Source: Escherichia coli (GTDB lineage: Bacteria; Pseudomonadota; Gammaproteobacteria; Enterobacterales; Enterobacteriaceae). From it: 40,000 nucleotides of DNA. The stretch is from the NCBI RefSeq assembly GCF_003180995.1, contig NZ_CP029579.1; one strand, written 5' to 3'. A program made the position numbers and the translations under genes. Each line of letters begins with the position of its first letter. Position 1 is the stretch's first letter. This document shows, in pieces, positions 9,652-20,410 of the stretch. The notes beneath the pieces are model-generated. The model did not search any database. It was given only the letters and a program-made list of their open reading frames with translations, and was not told where the DNA came from.

Positions 9652-11704
9652 CAAAGTTTTGATAGGGTTAAGGAGTCATCCAGAATTAATAATTCTTGGA
9701 TTAATGGTGATGATTATCGCCATGCTCATAATTCCATTGCCCACCTACTTAATCGATTTTTTGATTGGGCTGAACTTAACATTGGCAATACTTGTGTTTT
9801 TAGGATCATTCTATGTTGATAGGATCTTAAGTTTTTCTTCATTCCCATCAATTCTTCTCATCACAACGTTATTTCGTTTGGCGCTGGCGATCAGTACCAG
9901 CCGACTTATACTTCTTGAGGCGGACGCCGGAGAAATTATAACGAGTTTTGGTGAATTCGTTATTGGAGATAGCCTGGTAGTTGGTTTTGTTATTTTCTCC
10001 ATTGTTACTATTGTTCAGTTTATCGTGATTACTAAAGGTTCGGAACGTGTGGCTGAAGTTGCTGCCCGCTTTTCGCTTGACGGTATGCCAGGTAAACAAA
10101 TGAGTATTGACGCCGATCTACGCGCCGGGATCATTGATGCAGATTTAGCAAAAGAACGTCGTAGCGTATTAGAACGAGAGAGTCAGCTGTATGGTTCCTT
10201 TGATGGTGCGATGAAATTTATCAAAGGTGATGCTATTGCAAACATTATTATTATCTTTGTTAATATTATCGGTGGGCTATCAGTAGGAGTAGGCCAAAAT
10301 GGAATGGATTTCTCGACAGCGTTGACCGTCTACACAATTCTTACCGTCGGTGATGGTCTTGTTTCACAAATTCCAGCTTTATTAATTGCTATTAGTGCAG
10401 GGTTTATCGTAACGCGCGTGAATGGCGATAGTGATAATATGGGGCAAAATATAATGTCCCAGTTATTAAGTAATTCTTTTGTCATTATTGTGACATGTGT
10501 CCTCGCGCTAAGTATTGGGTTGCTTCCAGGTTTTCCCCTTCTTGTGTTTTTATGTTTGGCAGTAATCTTAGGAATTTATTTTTACTTTAAATTCAAAAAG
10601 AAAGGGGTTGAAGAAACGGTTGTTGAGGGAGATATCACCGTTGGGTTGGAACCCTATAATCAGGATGATGATATTTCATTAGGTATTATTAATAAACTTG
10701 ATCAGGTTATTACCGAAACGGTACCCTTGGTTTTGATTATGAATAGTGTACAGGCTAAAAAATACACTGAAATCAATCTTGCTGATAGGATTCGTAGTCA
10801 GTTTTTTATTGAGTATGGTATCCGTATTCCCGGTATTGTCATTCGCGAGGGGGAAGGCCTTAATGATGAAGATGTCATATTAATGCTAAATGAAGTCAGA
10901 GCCTCGCAATTTAAAATTTATCATGATCTCGTCTTGTTGGTTGAATATTCAGATGAAGTGGTTTCGACTTTGATCAAGAAACCTATCATCGTAAATAGTA
11001 ATGGTGAACAATATTATTGGGTTACAAAAAGTGATGCCCAAAAATTAACAAAAATTGGCTGTTATACTCGCACGGCCATGGATGAAATGTACAATCATTT
11101 ATCTGTATGTCTGGCGCATAATATTAATGAGTATTTTGGTATACAAGAAACCAAATATATTCTTGATCAATTAGAGATGAAGTATCCTGATCTATTAAAA
11201 GAAATATTAAGATATATAACCGTGCAGCGCATTTCAGAGGTAATTCAGCGTCTGATCCAGGAGCGAATTTCAGTGCGCAATATGCGTTTAGTTATGGAGG
11301 CTTTAGCATTATGGAGCCCACGGGAGAAAGATATAATTACACTCGTCGAGCATGTACGAGGTGCATTAGGTCGCTACATTTGCCATAAGTTTTCATATTC
11401 TGGAGAAATTAAAGCAATTGTGATTTCGCCTGAAATAGAGGACAGAATCAGAGATGGTGTCAGGCCTACCGCTGGCGGTACTTTTCTTAATCTCGATGCA
11501 TCCGAAGCTGAGATGATTCTGGATAATTTTAAACTGGCTCTTTCTGGAATCAATATTCCTATTAAAGACATTATTTTACTGGGATCTGTGGATATTCGTC
11601 GTTTTATCAAAAAACTTATTGAATCTAGTTATCGAGACCTCGAAGTACTTTCGTACGGGGAACTAACGGAAAATGTTCCCGTTAATATTCTGAAAACTAT
11701 TTAG
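9644..11704 (+). CDS. eivA: T3SS major export apparatus protein, SctV/InvA-like, 686 aa, apparently uninterrupted
   Basis: FHIPEP family ([28 protein letters not shown]), multiple TM segments plus cytoplasmic domain. Confidence 0.96.
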   Translation: MFNKVLIGLRSHPELIILGLMVMIIAMLIIPLPTYLIDFLIGLNLTLAILVFLGSFYVDRILSFSSFPSILLITTLFRLALAISTSRLILLEADAGEIITSFGEFVIGDSLVVGFVIFSIVTIVQFIVITKGSERVAEVAARFSLDGMPGKQMSIDADLRAGIIDADLAKERRSVLERESQLYGSFDGAMKFIKGDAIANIIIIFVNIIGGLSVGVGQNGMDFSTALTVYTILTVGDGLVSQIPALLIAISAGFIVTRVNGDSDNMGQNIMSQLLSNSFVIIVTCVLALSIGLLPGFPLLVFLCLAVILGIYFYFKFKKKGVEETVVEGDITVGLEPYNQDDDISLGIINKLDQVITETVPLVLIMNSVQAKKYTEINLADRIRSQFFIEYGIRIPGIVIREGEGLNDEDVILMLNEVRASQFKIYHDLVLLVEYSDEVVSTLIKKPIIVNSNGEQYYWVTKSDAQKLTKIGCYTRTAMDEMYNHLSVCLAHNINEYFGIQETKYILDQLEMKYPDLLKEILRYITVQRISEVIQRLIQERISVRNMRLVMEALALWSPREKDIITLVEHVRGALGRYICHKFSYSGEIKAIVISPEIEDRIRDGVRPTAGGTFLNLDASEAEMILDNFKLALSGINIPIKDIILLGSVDIRRFIKKLIESSYRDLEVLSYGELTENVPVNILKTI

Positions 11705-11735
11705 GATAATGTCTTGCGATATGGAGCATGCTGGT

Positions 11736-13028
11736 ATGAAAAAATTAAAACTATTAAATAAATACAGCTACTTACATAGCATAAACGGCTCGCTGATTGA
11801 AGCAGAGCTTGACGACGTTTCAGTGGGCGAAGTATGCGAAATTTATGCGAGCTGGCAAGCAAATGAACGTATAGCCAGGGCTCAGGTCGTTGGCTTTCGC
11901 AATGGAAAGACATTATTAAACCTTATAGGCAGCTCTGTGGGGCTTACACGTACTGCAGTTTTGAAACCAACGGGAGAGCAGTTAACCATACAGATCAGTG
12001 ATGCCTTTCTTGGTTCAGTTTTGAATGCTTCTGGTCAAATTATGGAAAGGTTTGTCCCGGACACTCCAGGCGATAGGGGAAATTTACGCCTGATTGATGA
12101 ACTGCCACCGTCGTATCAGGAGCGTCGAGTTATTAATACACCACTAGAGACACGGATAAGAGTCATTGATGGCGTACTGACATGTGGCATTGGTCAACGT
12201 GTTGGGATTTTTGCATCAGCTGGCTGTGGCAAAACGGTTTTAATGCATATGCTTGTAAACAACACTGAAGCTGATGTGTTTGTTATTGGCTTGATTGGCG
12301 AACGTGGAAGGGAAGTTACGGAATGCGCGGAATCGCTGAAAAAATCAGTAAATGCAGCAAAATGTGTTTTGGTTTATGCCACCTCTGATTTTTCGTCAGT
12401 AGATCGGTGTAATGCCGCCCTGATGGCGACAACCGTGGCAGAGTATTTTAGAGATCGAGGAAAGAGAGTTGTACTTTTTATCGACTCAATGACGCGGTAT
12501 GCACGAGCACTACGTGATATGAAACTGGCAGCGGGTGAACCACCTGCCAGACGTGGTTATCCTGCTTCTGTTTTTGACAGTTTGCCTCGCTTACTGGAGA
12601 GGCCGGGACCAACACTAAAAGGAAGTATTACTGCGTTTTATACCGTATTACTGGAGGGGGAGGATGAATCAGACCCACTGGGTGATGAAATTCGCTCAAT
12701 CCTTGATGGCCATATCTATCTAAGTCGCAAACTCGCTGGGCAAGGTCATTATCCGGCAATAGATGTTCTAAAAAGTGTGAGTCGAGTATTTGGTCAGGTC
12801 ACTGATGAAAAACACAGAGATAATGCTGCACGGGTAAGGAAGATCCTCACAACTTTGGAAGATCTACAGGTGTTTATTGATTTAGGGGAATATCGCGCTG
12901 GGCAAAATGCTGAAAATGATTTTGCTATGAATGCCCGGCCTAAACTCACAAATTGGTTAAAACAGTCAGTTAATGAAAAAATGCCAATGAGTGAAACGCT
13001 AAAAGAGCTTGAACGAATTGTTAAGTAA
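11736..13028 (+). CDS. eivC: T3SS ATPase, SctN/InvC-like (start [10 protein letters not shown]; track start 11709)
   Basis: Walker [52 protein letters not shown]. Confidence 0.95.
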   Translation: MKKLKLLNKYSYLHSINGSLIEAELDDVSVGEVCEIYASWQANERIARAQVVGFRNGKTLLNLIGSSVGLTRTAVLKPTGEQLTIQISDAFLGSVLNASGQIMERFVPDTPGDRGNLRLIDELPPSYQERRVINTPLETRIRVIDGVLTCGIGQRVGIFASAGCGKTVLMHMLVNNTEADVFVIGLIGERGREVTECAESLKKSVNAAKCVLVYATSDFSSVDRCNAALMATTVAEYFRDRGKRVVLFIDSMTRYARALRDMKLAAGEPPARRGYPASVFDSLPRLLERPGPTLKGSITAFYTVLLEGEDESDPLGDEIRSILDGHIYLSRKLAGQGHYPAIDVLKSVSRVFGQVTDEKHRDNAARVRKILTTLEDLQVFIDLGEYRAGQNAENDFAMNARPKLTNWLKQSVNEKMPMSETLKELERIVK

Positions 13029-13476
13029 AGTTAATCGACTTATCAGAAGAACAGCGCAGAGCCTGGCTGCATGTGAAGCATCATTACAAAAGTTAAATGC
13101 AGAAAAAGAAAAGTTAGCCGAAAAGGAACGCCTGTATGATATGCAACTTAAAAACCTACAGTCACTGTTAGATATGAAAGAGTTACTCGGCGAAGTTGTA
13201 TTTCGACAGGATATATTTTACTCGTTACGTAAAGTTGCAGTCATTCAGCAGCAGATCGCTGAGATAAATCTTGAAAAGCAAAAAATAGCAGAGCGGCGAA
13301 AAATACTTAACAAGGAAATAGTTCAACAGCAAGCACAAAGAAAACACTGGTGGCTAAAAGGAGAAAAGTACGATCGACTAAAGAAGCGCATCAAAAAACA
13401 ACTTTTAAATCAGATGCTTTATCAAGACGAGCTTGAACAGGAGGAGAAATATAATGGACGAAGTCAAGAAAATTGA
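13009..13476 (+). CDS. eivI: T3SS stalk protein, SctO/InvI-like
   Basis: Small coiled-coil protein directly after the ATPase and overlapping neighbours as in SPI-1. Confidence 0.85.
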   Translation: MNELLSKVNRLIRRTAQSLAACEASLQKLNAEKEKLAEKERLYDMQLKNLQSLLDMKELLGEVVFRQDIFYSLRKVAVIQQQIAEINLEKQKIAERRKILNKEIVQQQAQRKHWWLKGEKYDRLKKRIKKQLLNQMLYQDELEQEEKYNGRSQEN

Positions 13477-14329
13477 ACACTGTAAAATTTTAAACACAGA
13501 CACACCCGATAATTCTGCTTCAGATTTAGACAGTTTCTTAAAGAAAAACAAAAAAAATAAAGAAATGAGTGAGATTGTCGCTGGAACCATTCTCCAGTTA
13601 TTACGTCAGACTCAGGATAGCCAATTTTCTACGTTGGGGAAAAAAAATGGGCACATGGAGTCTATTGACAACAAATCATCTCTCCAGGTTGACAGGAATC
13701 CATCTCTTTCTTTGCAAACAAATGGAACAGAGAAATTTTCTACAAAGAAAATTCTCAATATGACTTCACGAGATCAGGGGAATGATTCTGAACCATCTAA
13801 TAAAACGATACAATTTAAGGAAAAAATCCATAATGGTATCCATACAGAATACATCACAGATCAAAAACACAGTAATAATAAAGATCGTGAAAAAAAATAC
13901 CGCGATGGAGACAAAATAAATGGACCGCAGGCCCATTCATTAGACATTACTAACGAAAGAAGGTTTGCTGATAACAGAACCATGTTTACTCAACATATCG
14001 AAAAGCAAAGGAATGTTCATACGCTCAATCAGAATGATATAAATAATTCTGCTAATAATGCCAATGTGCGCGAAAATGAATTGACATATCAGTTTCAGCG
14101 TTGGGGACAAAATCATACAGTCCGGATTCTGGAAAGTAGTGAAGGGATACGACTAAAACCATCAGACACACTTGTCTCCGACAGACTCCATGAAGCCCAA
14201 CACAATGATGTTACAGCACAACGCTGGGTATTGACTGAGCAAGATGAACGACAAGGGCAACGACATCAGCCTCATGATGAGCAAGAAAATGAAGGTAAAT
14301 TCGAAAACAATCAGAAGGACGAAAGTTAA
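13454..14329 (+). CDS. eivJ: Putative needle-length regulator, SctP/InvJ-like (start MDEVKKIEH)
   Basis: Hydrophilic, low-complexity protein in the invJ/spaN position. Similarity is mainly positional. Confidence 0.8.
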   Translation: MDEVKKIEHCKILNTDTPDNSASDLDSFLKKNKKNKEMSEIVAGTILQLLRQTQDSQFSTLGKKNGHMESIDNKSSLQVDRNPSLSLQTNGTEKFSTKKILNMTSRDQGNDSEPSNKTIQFKEKIHNGIHTEYITDQKHSNNKDREKKYRDGDKINGPQAHSLDITNERRFADNRTMFTQHIEKQRNVHTLNQNDINNSANNANVRENELTYQFQRWGQNHTVRILESSEGIRLKPSDTLVSDRLHEAQHNDVTAQRWVLTEQDERQGQRHQPHDEQENEGKFENNQKDES

Positions 14330-15276
14330 TGTTCGGCCTGAGAAAAGTAAATGGAAACACTCATTCCTTTGAAACCACTTTTCAAAACTGGAAAGAAAAT
14401 GGTGAAGATGTTGCGTTATTAATGCCCGAATTTAGCGCCAAATGGCTACCGATAGCAGAAGAGAGCGGCAGCTGGTCTGGATGGGTGTTACTTCGAGAGT
14501 TATTTCCCTTAATTTCTGCCGAGCTCGCTGGGATGGCTTTAATGCCAGAAACGGAAAGGTTAATAGTGGAATGGCTCAGTTTATCTAGTACCCCGTTAAA
14601 TCTAAAGTATCCTGAACTAAAATATAATCGTTTGTGTGTCGGTAAAGTATTTGATGGAGTATTGAGTCCAGCTCAACCACTGATAAGAATATGGACAGGG
14701 GAATTAAATATTTGGTTAGATAAAGTCACAGTCTGCCAATACGAAAACGCTCCAACGCTAGACAAAAAATCATTATATTGGCCCATTCATTTTGTAATTG
14801 GATTTAGTAAAACATGTTATAGAACCATTGTTGATATTGAAGTTGGTGATGTTTTATTAATTTCAAATAATTTTGCTTATGCGGTTATTTATAATACAAA
14901 GATTTGTGATTTAATTTATCCAGAGGAGTTAAAAATGGTTGATCATTTTGAGTACGAGGAAGATTTTGAAACAGATGACTTTGATATCAAAAAAAGCGAA
15001 ATCGAGATTAATGATGAAAATGACTATCAGCAGATTAATAGTTTTGAAGACCTGCCTGTAAAAATTGAGTTTGTTCTTGGTAAGAAAATAATGAATCTAT
15101 ATGAAATAGACGATCTCTGTGCAAAAAGAATTATATCTTTGCTTCCTGAAGCGGAGAAAAATATAGAGATACGTGTAAATGGCGCGCTAACTGGCTATGG
15201 CGAACTTGTTGAAGTGGATGATAAATTGGGCGTAGAAATTCATTCTTGGTTATCAGGGAATAATAATGTCAAATAG
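14329..15276 (+). CDS. epaO: T3SS C-ring/sorting platform protein, SctQ/SpaO-like
   Basis: C-terminal SpoA-like domain (LPVKIEFVLGKKIMNLYEIDDLCAKRIISLLP...IRVNGALTGYGELVEVDDKLGVEI). Confidence 0.9.
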   Translation: MFGLRKVNGNTHSFETTFQNWKENGEDVALLMPEFSAKWLPIAEESGSWSGWVLLRELFPLISAELAGMALMPETERLIVEWLSLSSTPLNLKYPELKYNRLCVGKVFDGVLSPAQPLIRIWTGELNIWLDKVTVCQYENAPTLDKKSLYWPIHFVIGFSKTCYRTIVDIEVGDVLLISNNFAYAVIYNTKICDLIYPEELKMVDHFEYEEDFETDDFDIKKSEIEINDENDYQQINSFEDLPVKIEFVLGKKIMNLYEIDDLCAKRIISLLPEAEKNIEIRVNGALTGYGELVEVDDKLGVEIHSWLSGNNNVK

Positions 15277-15931
15277 CATTTCGCTGATAGCGATATTATC
15301 ATTATTCACACTATTACCGTTTATAATAGCATCCGGGACATGTTTTATTAAATTCTCGATTGTTTTTGTTATTGTCCGAAACGCTTTGGGACTTCAGCAA
15401 GTGCCATCAAATATGACACTTAATGGGGTAGCTTTGCTATTGTCAATGTTCGTAATGATGCCGGTTGGGAAGGAAATATATAATAACAGTCAGAATGAGA
15501 ATCTTTCATTCAATAATGTTGCGTCGGTTGTTAATTTTGTTGAGACAGGCATGAGTGGTTATAAATCATATTTGATAAAATATTCTGAACCGGAGTTGGT
15601 TAGCTTTTTTGAAAAGATTCAGAAGGTGAATAGTTCTGAAGACAATGAAGAGATAATCGATGATGATAATATTTCAATTTTCTCGTTACTCCCGGCATAT
15701 GCGTTGAGTGAGATAAAAAGTGCATTTATTATAGGTTTTTATATTTATTTACCCTTTGTTGTAGTTGATCTGGTTATATCCAGCGTTCTGTTAACGTTAG
15801 GTATGATGATGATGAGTCCGGTAACCATATCTACACCGATAAAATTAATTCTGTTTGTCGCGATGGACGGTTGGACAATGTTATCGAAAGGACTCATTTT
15901 ACAATATTTTGACCTATCCATTAATCCCTGA
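15266..15931 (+). CDS. epaP: T3SS export apparatus, SctR/SpaP-like
   Basis: FliP/SctR family (FIIASGTCFIKFSIVFVIVRNALGLQQVPSNMTLNGVALLLSMFVM ... LVMMMMSPV-type C-terminus). Confidence 0.95.
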   Translation: MSNSISLIAILSLFTLLPFIIASGTCFIKFSIVFVIVRNALGLQQVPSNMTLNGVALLLSMFVMMPVGKEIYNNSQNENLSFNNVASVVNFVETGMSGYKSYLIKYSEPELVSFFEKIQKVNSSEDNEEIIDDDNISIFSLLPAYALSEIKSAFIIGFYIYLPFVVVDLVISSVLLTLGMMMMSPVTISTPIKLILFVAMDGWTMLSKGLILQYFDLSINP

Positions 15932-15940
15932 GGAAAAAAT

Positions 15941-16201
15941 ATGGACGACATTGTTTTTGCGGGGAATAGGGCGCTGTATCTGATTTTAGTTATGTCTGCA
16001 GGACCTATTGCAGTTGCGACATTTGTTGGTTTATTGGTAGGGCTTTTTCAAACGGTAACACAGTTGCAAGAACAGACGTTGCCATTTGGCGTCAAATTAT
16101 TGTGCGTAAGTATTTGCTTTTTTTTAATGAGCGGATGGTATGGTGAAAAATTATATTCGTTTGGTATCGAAATGCTGAATTTAGCATTCGCGAGAGGATA
16201 G
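15941..16201 (+). CDS. epaQ: T3SS export apparatus, SctS/SpaQ-like
   Basis: 86-aa FliQ-family protein ([25 protein letters not shown]). Confidence 0.95.
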   Translation: MDDIVFAGNRALYLILVMSAGPIAVATFVGLLVGLFQTVTQLQEQTLPFGVKLLCVSICFFLMSGWYGEKLYSFGIEMLNLAFARG

Positions 16202-16202
16202 C

Positions 16203-16970
16203 ATGGGGGAGGCGATGCTCTATCAGTTGCATAGTCTGCTGGCTGCTACAGCGCTCGGTTTTTGCCGATTGGCACCAACTTTCTATTTGTTACCATTTTT
16301 CGCCAGTGGGAATATACCAACAGTAGTCCGTCATCCAATAATAATAGTGGTATCATGTGCATTAGTTCAGCATTACCACTATGAATTATCTACCCTAAAT
16401 GAAATAGATATCGCTTTGTTTGCTGCCAGAGAAATTATCATAGGGTTGTTTATTGCTTGCTTATTAGCATCCCCATTTTGGATTTTCCTTGCTATAGGTA
16501 GCTTTATCGATAACCAACGTGGTGCAACGTTAAGTAGTACTTTGGATCCGGCTACAGGTGTCGATACATCGGAATTAGCAAGATTATTTAACCTTTTCTC
16601 TGCAGCAGTTTATCTTACTAACGGTGGATTGAACTTTATTCTGGAGACTCTATGGCAAAGTTATAACTTATGGCCTTCAGGAAATTTTAATTTTCCTAAA
16701 TTAGAGCCTTTATTCTCATATATTAATAATATAATGACTCATACTATCGTTTACGCAAGCCCCGTGATTGCGGTTATGCTGGGCGGTGAAGCTGTCCTGG
16801 GATTGCTGGCACGTTATGCTTCACAACTAAATGCTTTTGCCATCTCACTGACTGTCAAAAGTGCGCTGGCATTTTTAATATTAATTATTTATTTTGGCCC
16901 AATACTGGCTGAACGAGTTATGCCGTTATCCTTTTTCCCAGAACAATTGCAATTATACATTGATAAATAG
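16203..16970 (+). CDS. epaR: T3SS export apparatus, SctT/SpaR-like
   Basis: FliR-family membrane protein in the conserved gene order. Confidence 0.93.
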   Translation: MGEAMLYQLHSLLAATALGFCRLAPTFYLLPFFASGNIPTVVRHPIIIVVSCALVQHYHYELSTLNEIDIALFAAREIIIGLFIACLLASPFWIFLAIGSFIDNQRGATLSSTLDPATGVDTSELARLFNLFSAAVYLTNGGLNFILETLWQSYNLWPSGNFNFPKLEPLFSYINNIMTHTIVYASPVIAVMLGGEAVLGLLARYASQLNAFAISLTVKSALAFLILIIYFGPILAERVMPLSFFPEQLQLYIDK

Positions 16971-16978
16971 AGTGTTTC

Positions 16979-18091
16979 ACGGCAAATAAAACTGAAAAGC
17001 CAACACAAAAGAAACTCCAGGATGCTTCTAAAAAAGGTCAAATTCTAAAAAGTAGAGACTTAACAGTCTGTGTAATAATGCTTGTGGGTACTTTATATCT
17101 CGGATATGTATTTGATGTGCATCACATTATGTCGATTCTTGAATATATCCTTGATCATAACGCTAAACCGGATATTTGGGACTATTTTAAAGCTATGGGG
17201 ATAGGTTGGTTGAAAACGATCATTCCTTTTTTGCTGGTTTGTATGTTTACAACAATACTTGTTTCATGGTTTCAAAGTAAAATGCAATTAGCAACTGAAG
17301 CTATTAAGTTTAAGTTTGATTCATTAAATCCAGTAAATGGCTTAAAACGTATATTTGGCTTAAAAACCGTAAAAGAATTTGTTAAAGCAATACTTTATAT
17401 TATTTTTTTTGCATTGGCGATCAAATTATTTTGGAGTAACCATAAATCACTGCTTTTTAAAACTCTTGATGGAGATATCATTTCTTTATTATCAGATTGG
17501 GGAGAGATGCTATTCCTTCTCATACTGTATTGCCTCGGCAGTATGATAATTGTCTTAATTTTTGATTTTATCGCTGAATATTTTTTATTTATGAAAGATA
17601 TGAAAATGGATAAACAAGAAGTTAAAAGAGAATACAAGGAACAAGAAGGAAGTCCAGAAATTAAATCTAAACGCAGAGAACGCCATCAAGAAATTCTGTC
17701 AGAGCAATTGAAATCTGATGTCAGTAATAGCCGTCTGATGATTGCCAACCCTACGCACATTGCCATAGGGATATACTTTAAGCCACATCTTTCACCTATA
17801 CCATTGATTTCTGTGAGAGAAACTAATGAGGTAGCATTAGCCGTAAGGAAATATGCAAAGGAAATCGGAATACCAATTATTACAGATAAAAAATTAGCAC
17901 GAAAAATTTATGCTACCCATCGTCGCTACGATTATGTTAGCTTCGAAAATATAGATGAGATCTTGCGTCTTCTGCTGTGGCTTGAAGATGTGGAGAATGC
18001 TGGACAACCTGTTCCAGATGAACTGCTCCCCTCAGAAGATAAATTCAAAGAAGGTGAAGACACAAAAAGTGAGAATAAAGACAATAATTAA
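16979..18091 (+). CDS. epaS: T3SS autoprotease/switch protein, SctU/SpaS-like. The homologous frame begins near 16979, but the first in-frame ATG is 17078 (see finding)
   Basis: NPTHIAIGIYFK autocleavage region, KMDKQEVKREYKEQEGSPEIKSKRRERHQEILSEQ linker. Upstream in-frame ANKTEKPTQKKLQDASKKGQ matches the SpaS N-terminus. Confidence 0.88.
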   Translation, partial: TANKTEKPTQKKLQDASKKGQILKSRDLTVCVIMLVGTLYLGYVFDVHHIMSILEYILDHNAKPDIWDYFKAMGIGWLKTIIPFLLVCMFTTILVSWFQSKMQLATEAIKFKFDSLNPVNGLKRIFGLKTVKEFVKAILYIIFFALAIKLFWSNHKSLLFKTLDGDIISLLSDWGEMLFLLILYCLGSMIIVLIFDFIAEYFLFMKDMKMDKQEVKREYKEQEGSPEIKSKRRERHQEILSEQLKSDVSNSRLMIANPTHIAIGIYFKPHLSPIPLISVRETNEVALAVRKYAKEIGIPIITDKKLARKIYATHRRYDYVSFENIDEILRLLLWLEDVENAGQPVPDELLPSEDKFKEGEDTKSENKDNN

Positions 18092-18123
18092 AAAAATTAA
18101 ACATCTATCATAGTCGGAAATTT

Positions 18124-18160
18124 ATAAGAATCTACACGCAAAAAGCGTGTAGATTCTTAT
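18124..18160. terminator. Bidirectional hairpin terminator between convergent epaS and the pilotin-like gene
   Basis: Perfect 16-bp stem ATAAGAATCTACACGC / GCGTGTAGATTCTTAT with AAAAA loop. Confidence 0.8.
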
Positions 18161-18433
18161 TTAATGTGTTAAACGATCTTGCGAAATGACAAGCAATTGA
18201 TACATACTCATCTCTTTATAAGCTGGAACAGTAGTAACCTGCGCAAATTCGCGATATAGCTTCTGCTCTAGTTCTGCTGATGATATATATTCCGGGTGTT
18301 CGCTAAAGAACTGTCTTGCATCTACTATCGCTTGAGATTCGCCACTTATTTTATTCTGAGTATCCTTTAATGAATTTTCTCTGGTGCATGCAGAGAGCAA
18401 CGATATCAGCGCTACAGTTATTATGATTTTACT
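18161..18433 (-). CDS. InvH/SctG-like outer membrane pilotin lipoprotein, possibly defective (no ATG/GTG/TTG at the signal peptide start)
   Basis: Open frame ..KIIITVALISLLSACTREN (lipobox LSAC). C-terminus DARQFFSEHPEYISSAELEQKLYREFAQVTTVPAYKEMSMYQLLVISQDRL resembles InvH (FFQEHPQY, EFKKV, LSIYQTLLAAHERL). Confidence 0.65.
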   Translation of the reverse strand, partial: SKIIITVALISLLSACTRENSLKDTQNKISGESQAIVDARQFFSEHPEYISSAELEQKLYREFAQVTTVPAYKEMSMYQLLVISQDRLTH

Positions 18434-18456
18434 ATTATATCATTACTAATGACATA

Positions 18457-18957
18457 TCAACTTTCTCTTATGCAAGATTGGAGTTTAAAATAATGTTTAT
18501 CCCATTCACAGAGTGCTATAAACAACTCAACAGTACCTTTTATGTTAAGTTTATTTAGGGCTCTTATTTTGTGATATGATACTGTTTTATAATCAATTCC
18601 TTTGATAATGGCTATTTGTTTTAACGAATAAGAAACACATAACCGCAGGATATCTATCTCATCATGGGTAAGTGGTTCTTGAGTGGAATACACATTTTGT
18701 GTATGAAGATTCGAAACCAGGAAATGCGTTAAATCAGATAATGTAATATTCTTATTGATCCTGATGAAATTGTTGCTCAAAAGGGTGTTTACAGGTTCTG
18801 TATTTGGTTTGAGATTTCGATGTTGGTGCTCATCAATAACAACGAACGAATGTCCAAGATCAACCAACGCAACCAAATCGCTGTAATATTCCTTTTGGGA
18901 TGCTAATAATGCATTAGTGCCTACAGTGAAGTAGACATCACTGGAAAAGACTTGCAT
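18457..18957 (-). CDS. etrA: LuxR/GerE-type HTH regulator
   Basis: C-terminal HTH (LTHDEIDILRLCVSYSLKQIAIIKGIDYKTVSYHKIRALNKLNIKG). Location between epaS and eprH fits EtrA. Confidence 0.7.
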   Translation of the reverse strand: MQVFSSDVYFTVGTNALLASQKEYYSDLVALVDLGHSFVVIDEHQHRNLKPNTEPVNTLLSNNFIRINKNITLSDLTHFLVSNLHTQNVYSTQEPLTHDEIDILRLCVSYSLKQIAIIKGIDYKTVSYHKIRALNKLNIKGTVELFIALCEWDKHYFKLQSCIRES

Positions 18958-19215
18958 ATGCCAACCTGCACTCTAAAATCATTTAGGGTAAATATTACGT
19001 GTAAAATTTAAAATAATGGTAATTGTTATATTTGCATATCAATGAGGGAATAGGGTGTATACCTTAAATTGCAAATAAAGTTATGTATGTAGGCATTTAA
19101 AATGGTTCTCGAAAATTATAATCTTTTTATTGTGTGTCATCATAATTTGGTCATGAAATTTCCGTCTTGTTACACTACTCTAAACTAGAGCTTATGGAAT
19201 TAGCGGGTGGTATTC

Positions 19216-20397
19216 ATGGAAAATAATGATAAATTCTTATCACAAGACTTATTGGAATCTTATGCCATTCGTTTATTGAGCGGACCATTGAATGGATGCG
19301 AGTATGAAATACTTAATGGGCGTGTACTCGTTATCGTTGGTAATGATGTTTCGTTAGGAAGAAGTGATTCTTTTTCTGAGTTACCAGAGAATACGATAGT
19401 CATTCCTTATGGAGAGCTTACAGGCAGTTTTGAGGTAATAATCACTACCGACCCTGATCTGGTTGTAACAATCAGAGAATTAACAGCACAAGAACCTGAA
19501 GATAGAACGTTAACATTGAATCAGCAAATAGAAGTTTTAGGCCTCAAATTTGCTGTAAAAGTAAAAAATGAAGTTTGGCAGTATTCAATACCAGGTATTG
19601 TTGAAAATAACATTACTTCAACAAGACAACATTTCTTTAGTAGTACGCTGTTTAAATATGTAACGCTATTTTTTCTTTTTGCTATCATTTTTATAGCTTT
19701 TTATATTGTTAATGCCAGTAATGATCCGCAGCTGAGACATATCGATAAAATTCTTGTAAACAAAAATAGAAATTATGAAATTTTATATGGTAGGGATCAT
19801 GTCATCTATATCAATACCAATAGTTTGGATGAAGCTGTCTGGGTCAAACAAGCACTGGAAAAAAATCAACCAGGAAAGCCAGTACGGGTGATAAATCCTG
19901 ATGATGAATCGATACGGATTTTTTCATGGCTTGCTGATAATTTCCCAGATCTACAATATTTTAAACTACAGCTATTAGATGCCAGTAATCCAAGACTGAC
20001 AGTGAGTAAGCAACGGAATGCTATCACACAGCAACTAATCGATAATCTTATTAAAGGATTACTGCAAACTATGCCATATGCCAGCAATATAAGTATTGCG
20101 GTATTAGATGATAATGTATTGGAAAGTCAGGCAATTGAAACATTGTCGGCAATAGGTATTTCTTATGAAAAATATAAAACAGCTAACAATGTATATTTTA
20201 ATATCATTGGTACGTTAAGCGACAGTGAATTAAATAAAATTAATAACTATGTCGACGGATATTATAAGCAATGGGGTAAACAATATGTAAGATTTAATGT
20301 GAATTTGAAAAATCAGGATACAAATAATAGTTCATTTAGCTACGGAGATAACCGATTCGAGAAGTCTCAAGGTAGCAAGTGGACATTTCAGGAATAA
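19216..20397 (+). CDS. eprH: T3SS inner-membrane ring protein, SctD/PrgH-like
   Basis: Single central TM and periplasmic ring-domain region. Followed by needle, rod and SctJ genes. Confidence 0.9.
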   Translation: MENNDKFLSQDLLESYAIRLLSGPLNGCEYEILNGRVLVIVGNDVSLGRSDSFSELPENTIVIPYGELTGSFEVIITTDPDLVVTIRELTAQEPEDRTLTLNQQIEVLGLKFAVKVKNEVWQYSIPGIVENNITSTRQHFFSSTLFKYVTLFFLFAIIFIAFYIVNASNDPQLRHIDKILVNKNRNYEILYGRDHVIYINTNSLDEAVWVKQALEKNQPGKPVRVINPDDESIRIFSWLADNFPDLQYFKLQLLDASNPRLTVSKQRNAITQQLIDNLIKGLLQTMPYASNISIAVLDDNVLESQAIETLSAIGISYEKYKTANNVYFNIIGTLSDSELNKINNYVDGYYKQWGKQYVRFNVNLKNQDTNNSSFSYGDNRFEKSQGSKWTFQE

Positions 20398-20410
20398 TTG
20401 AGGAGGACTT

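Noticed and set aside
13405-13763. Antisense and alternative-frame ORFs over eivI/eivJ (13405-13590, 13569-13763)
   Set aside because: Low-complexity AT-rich frame artefacts over conserved T3SS genes.
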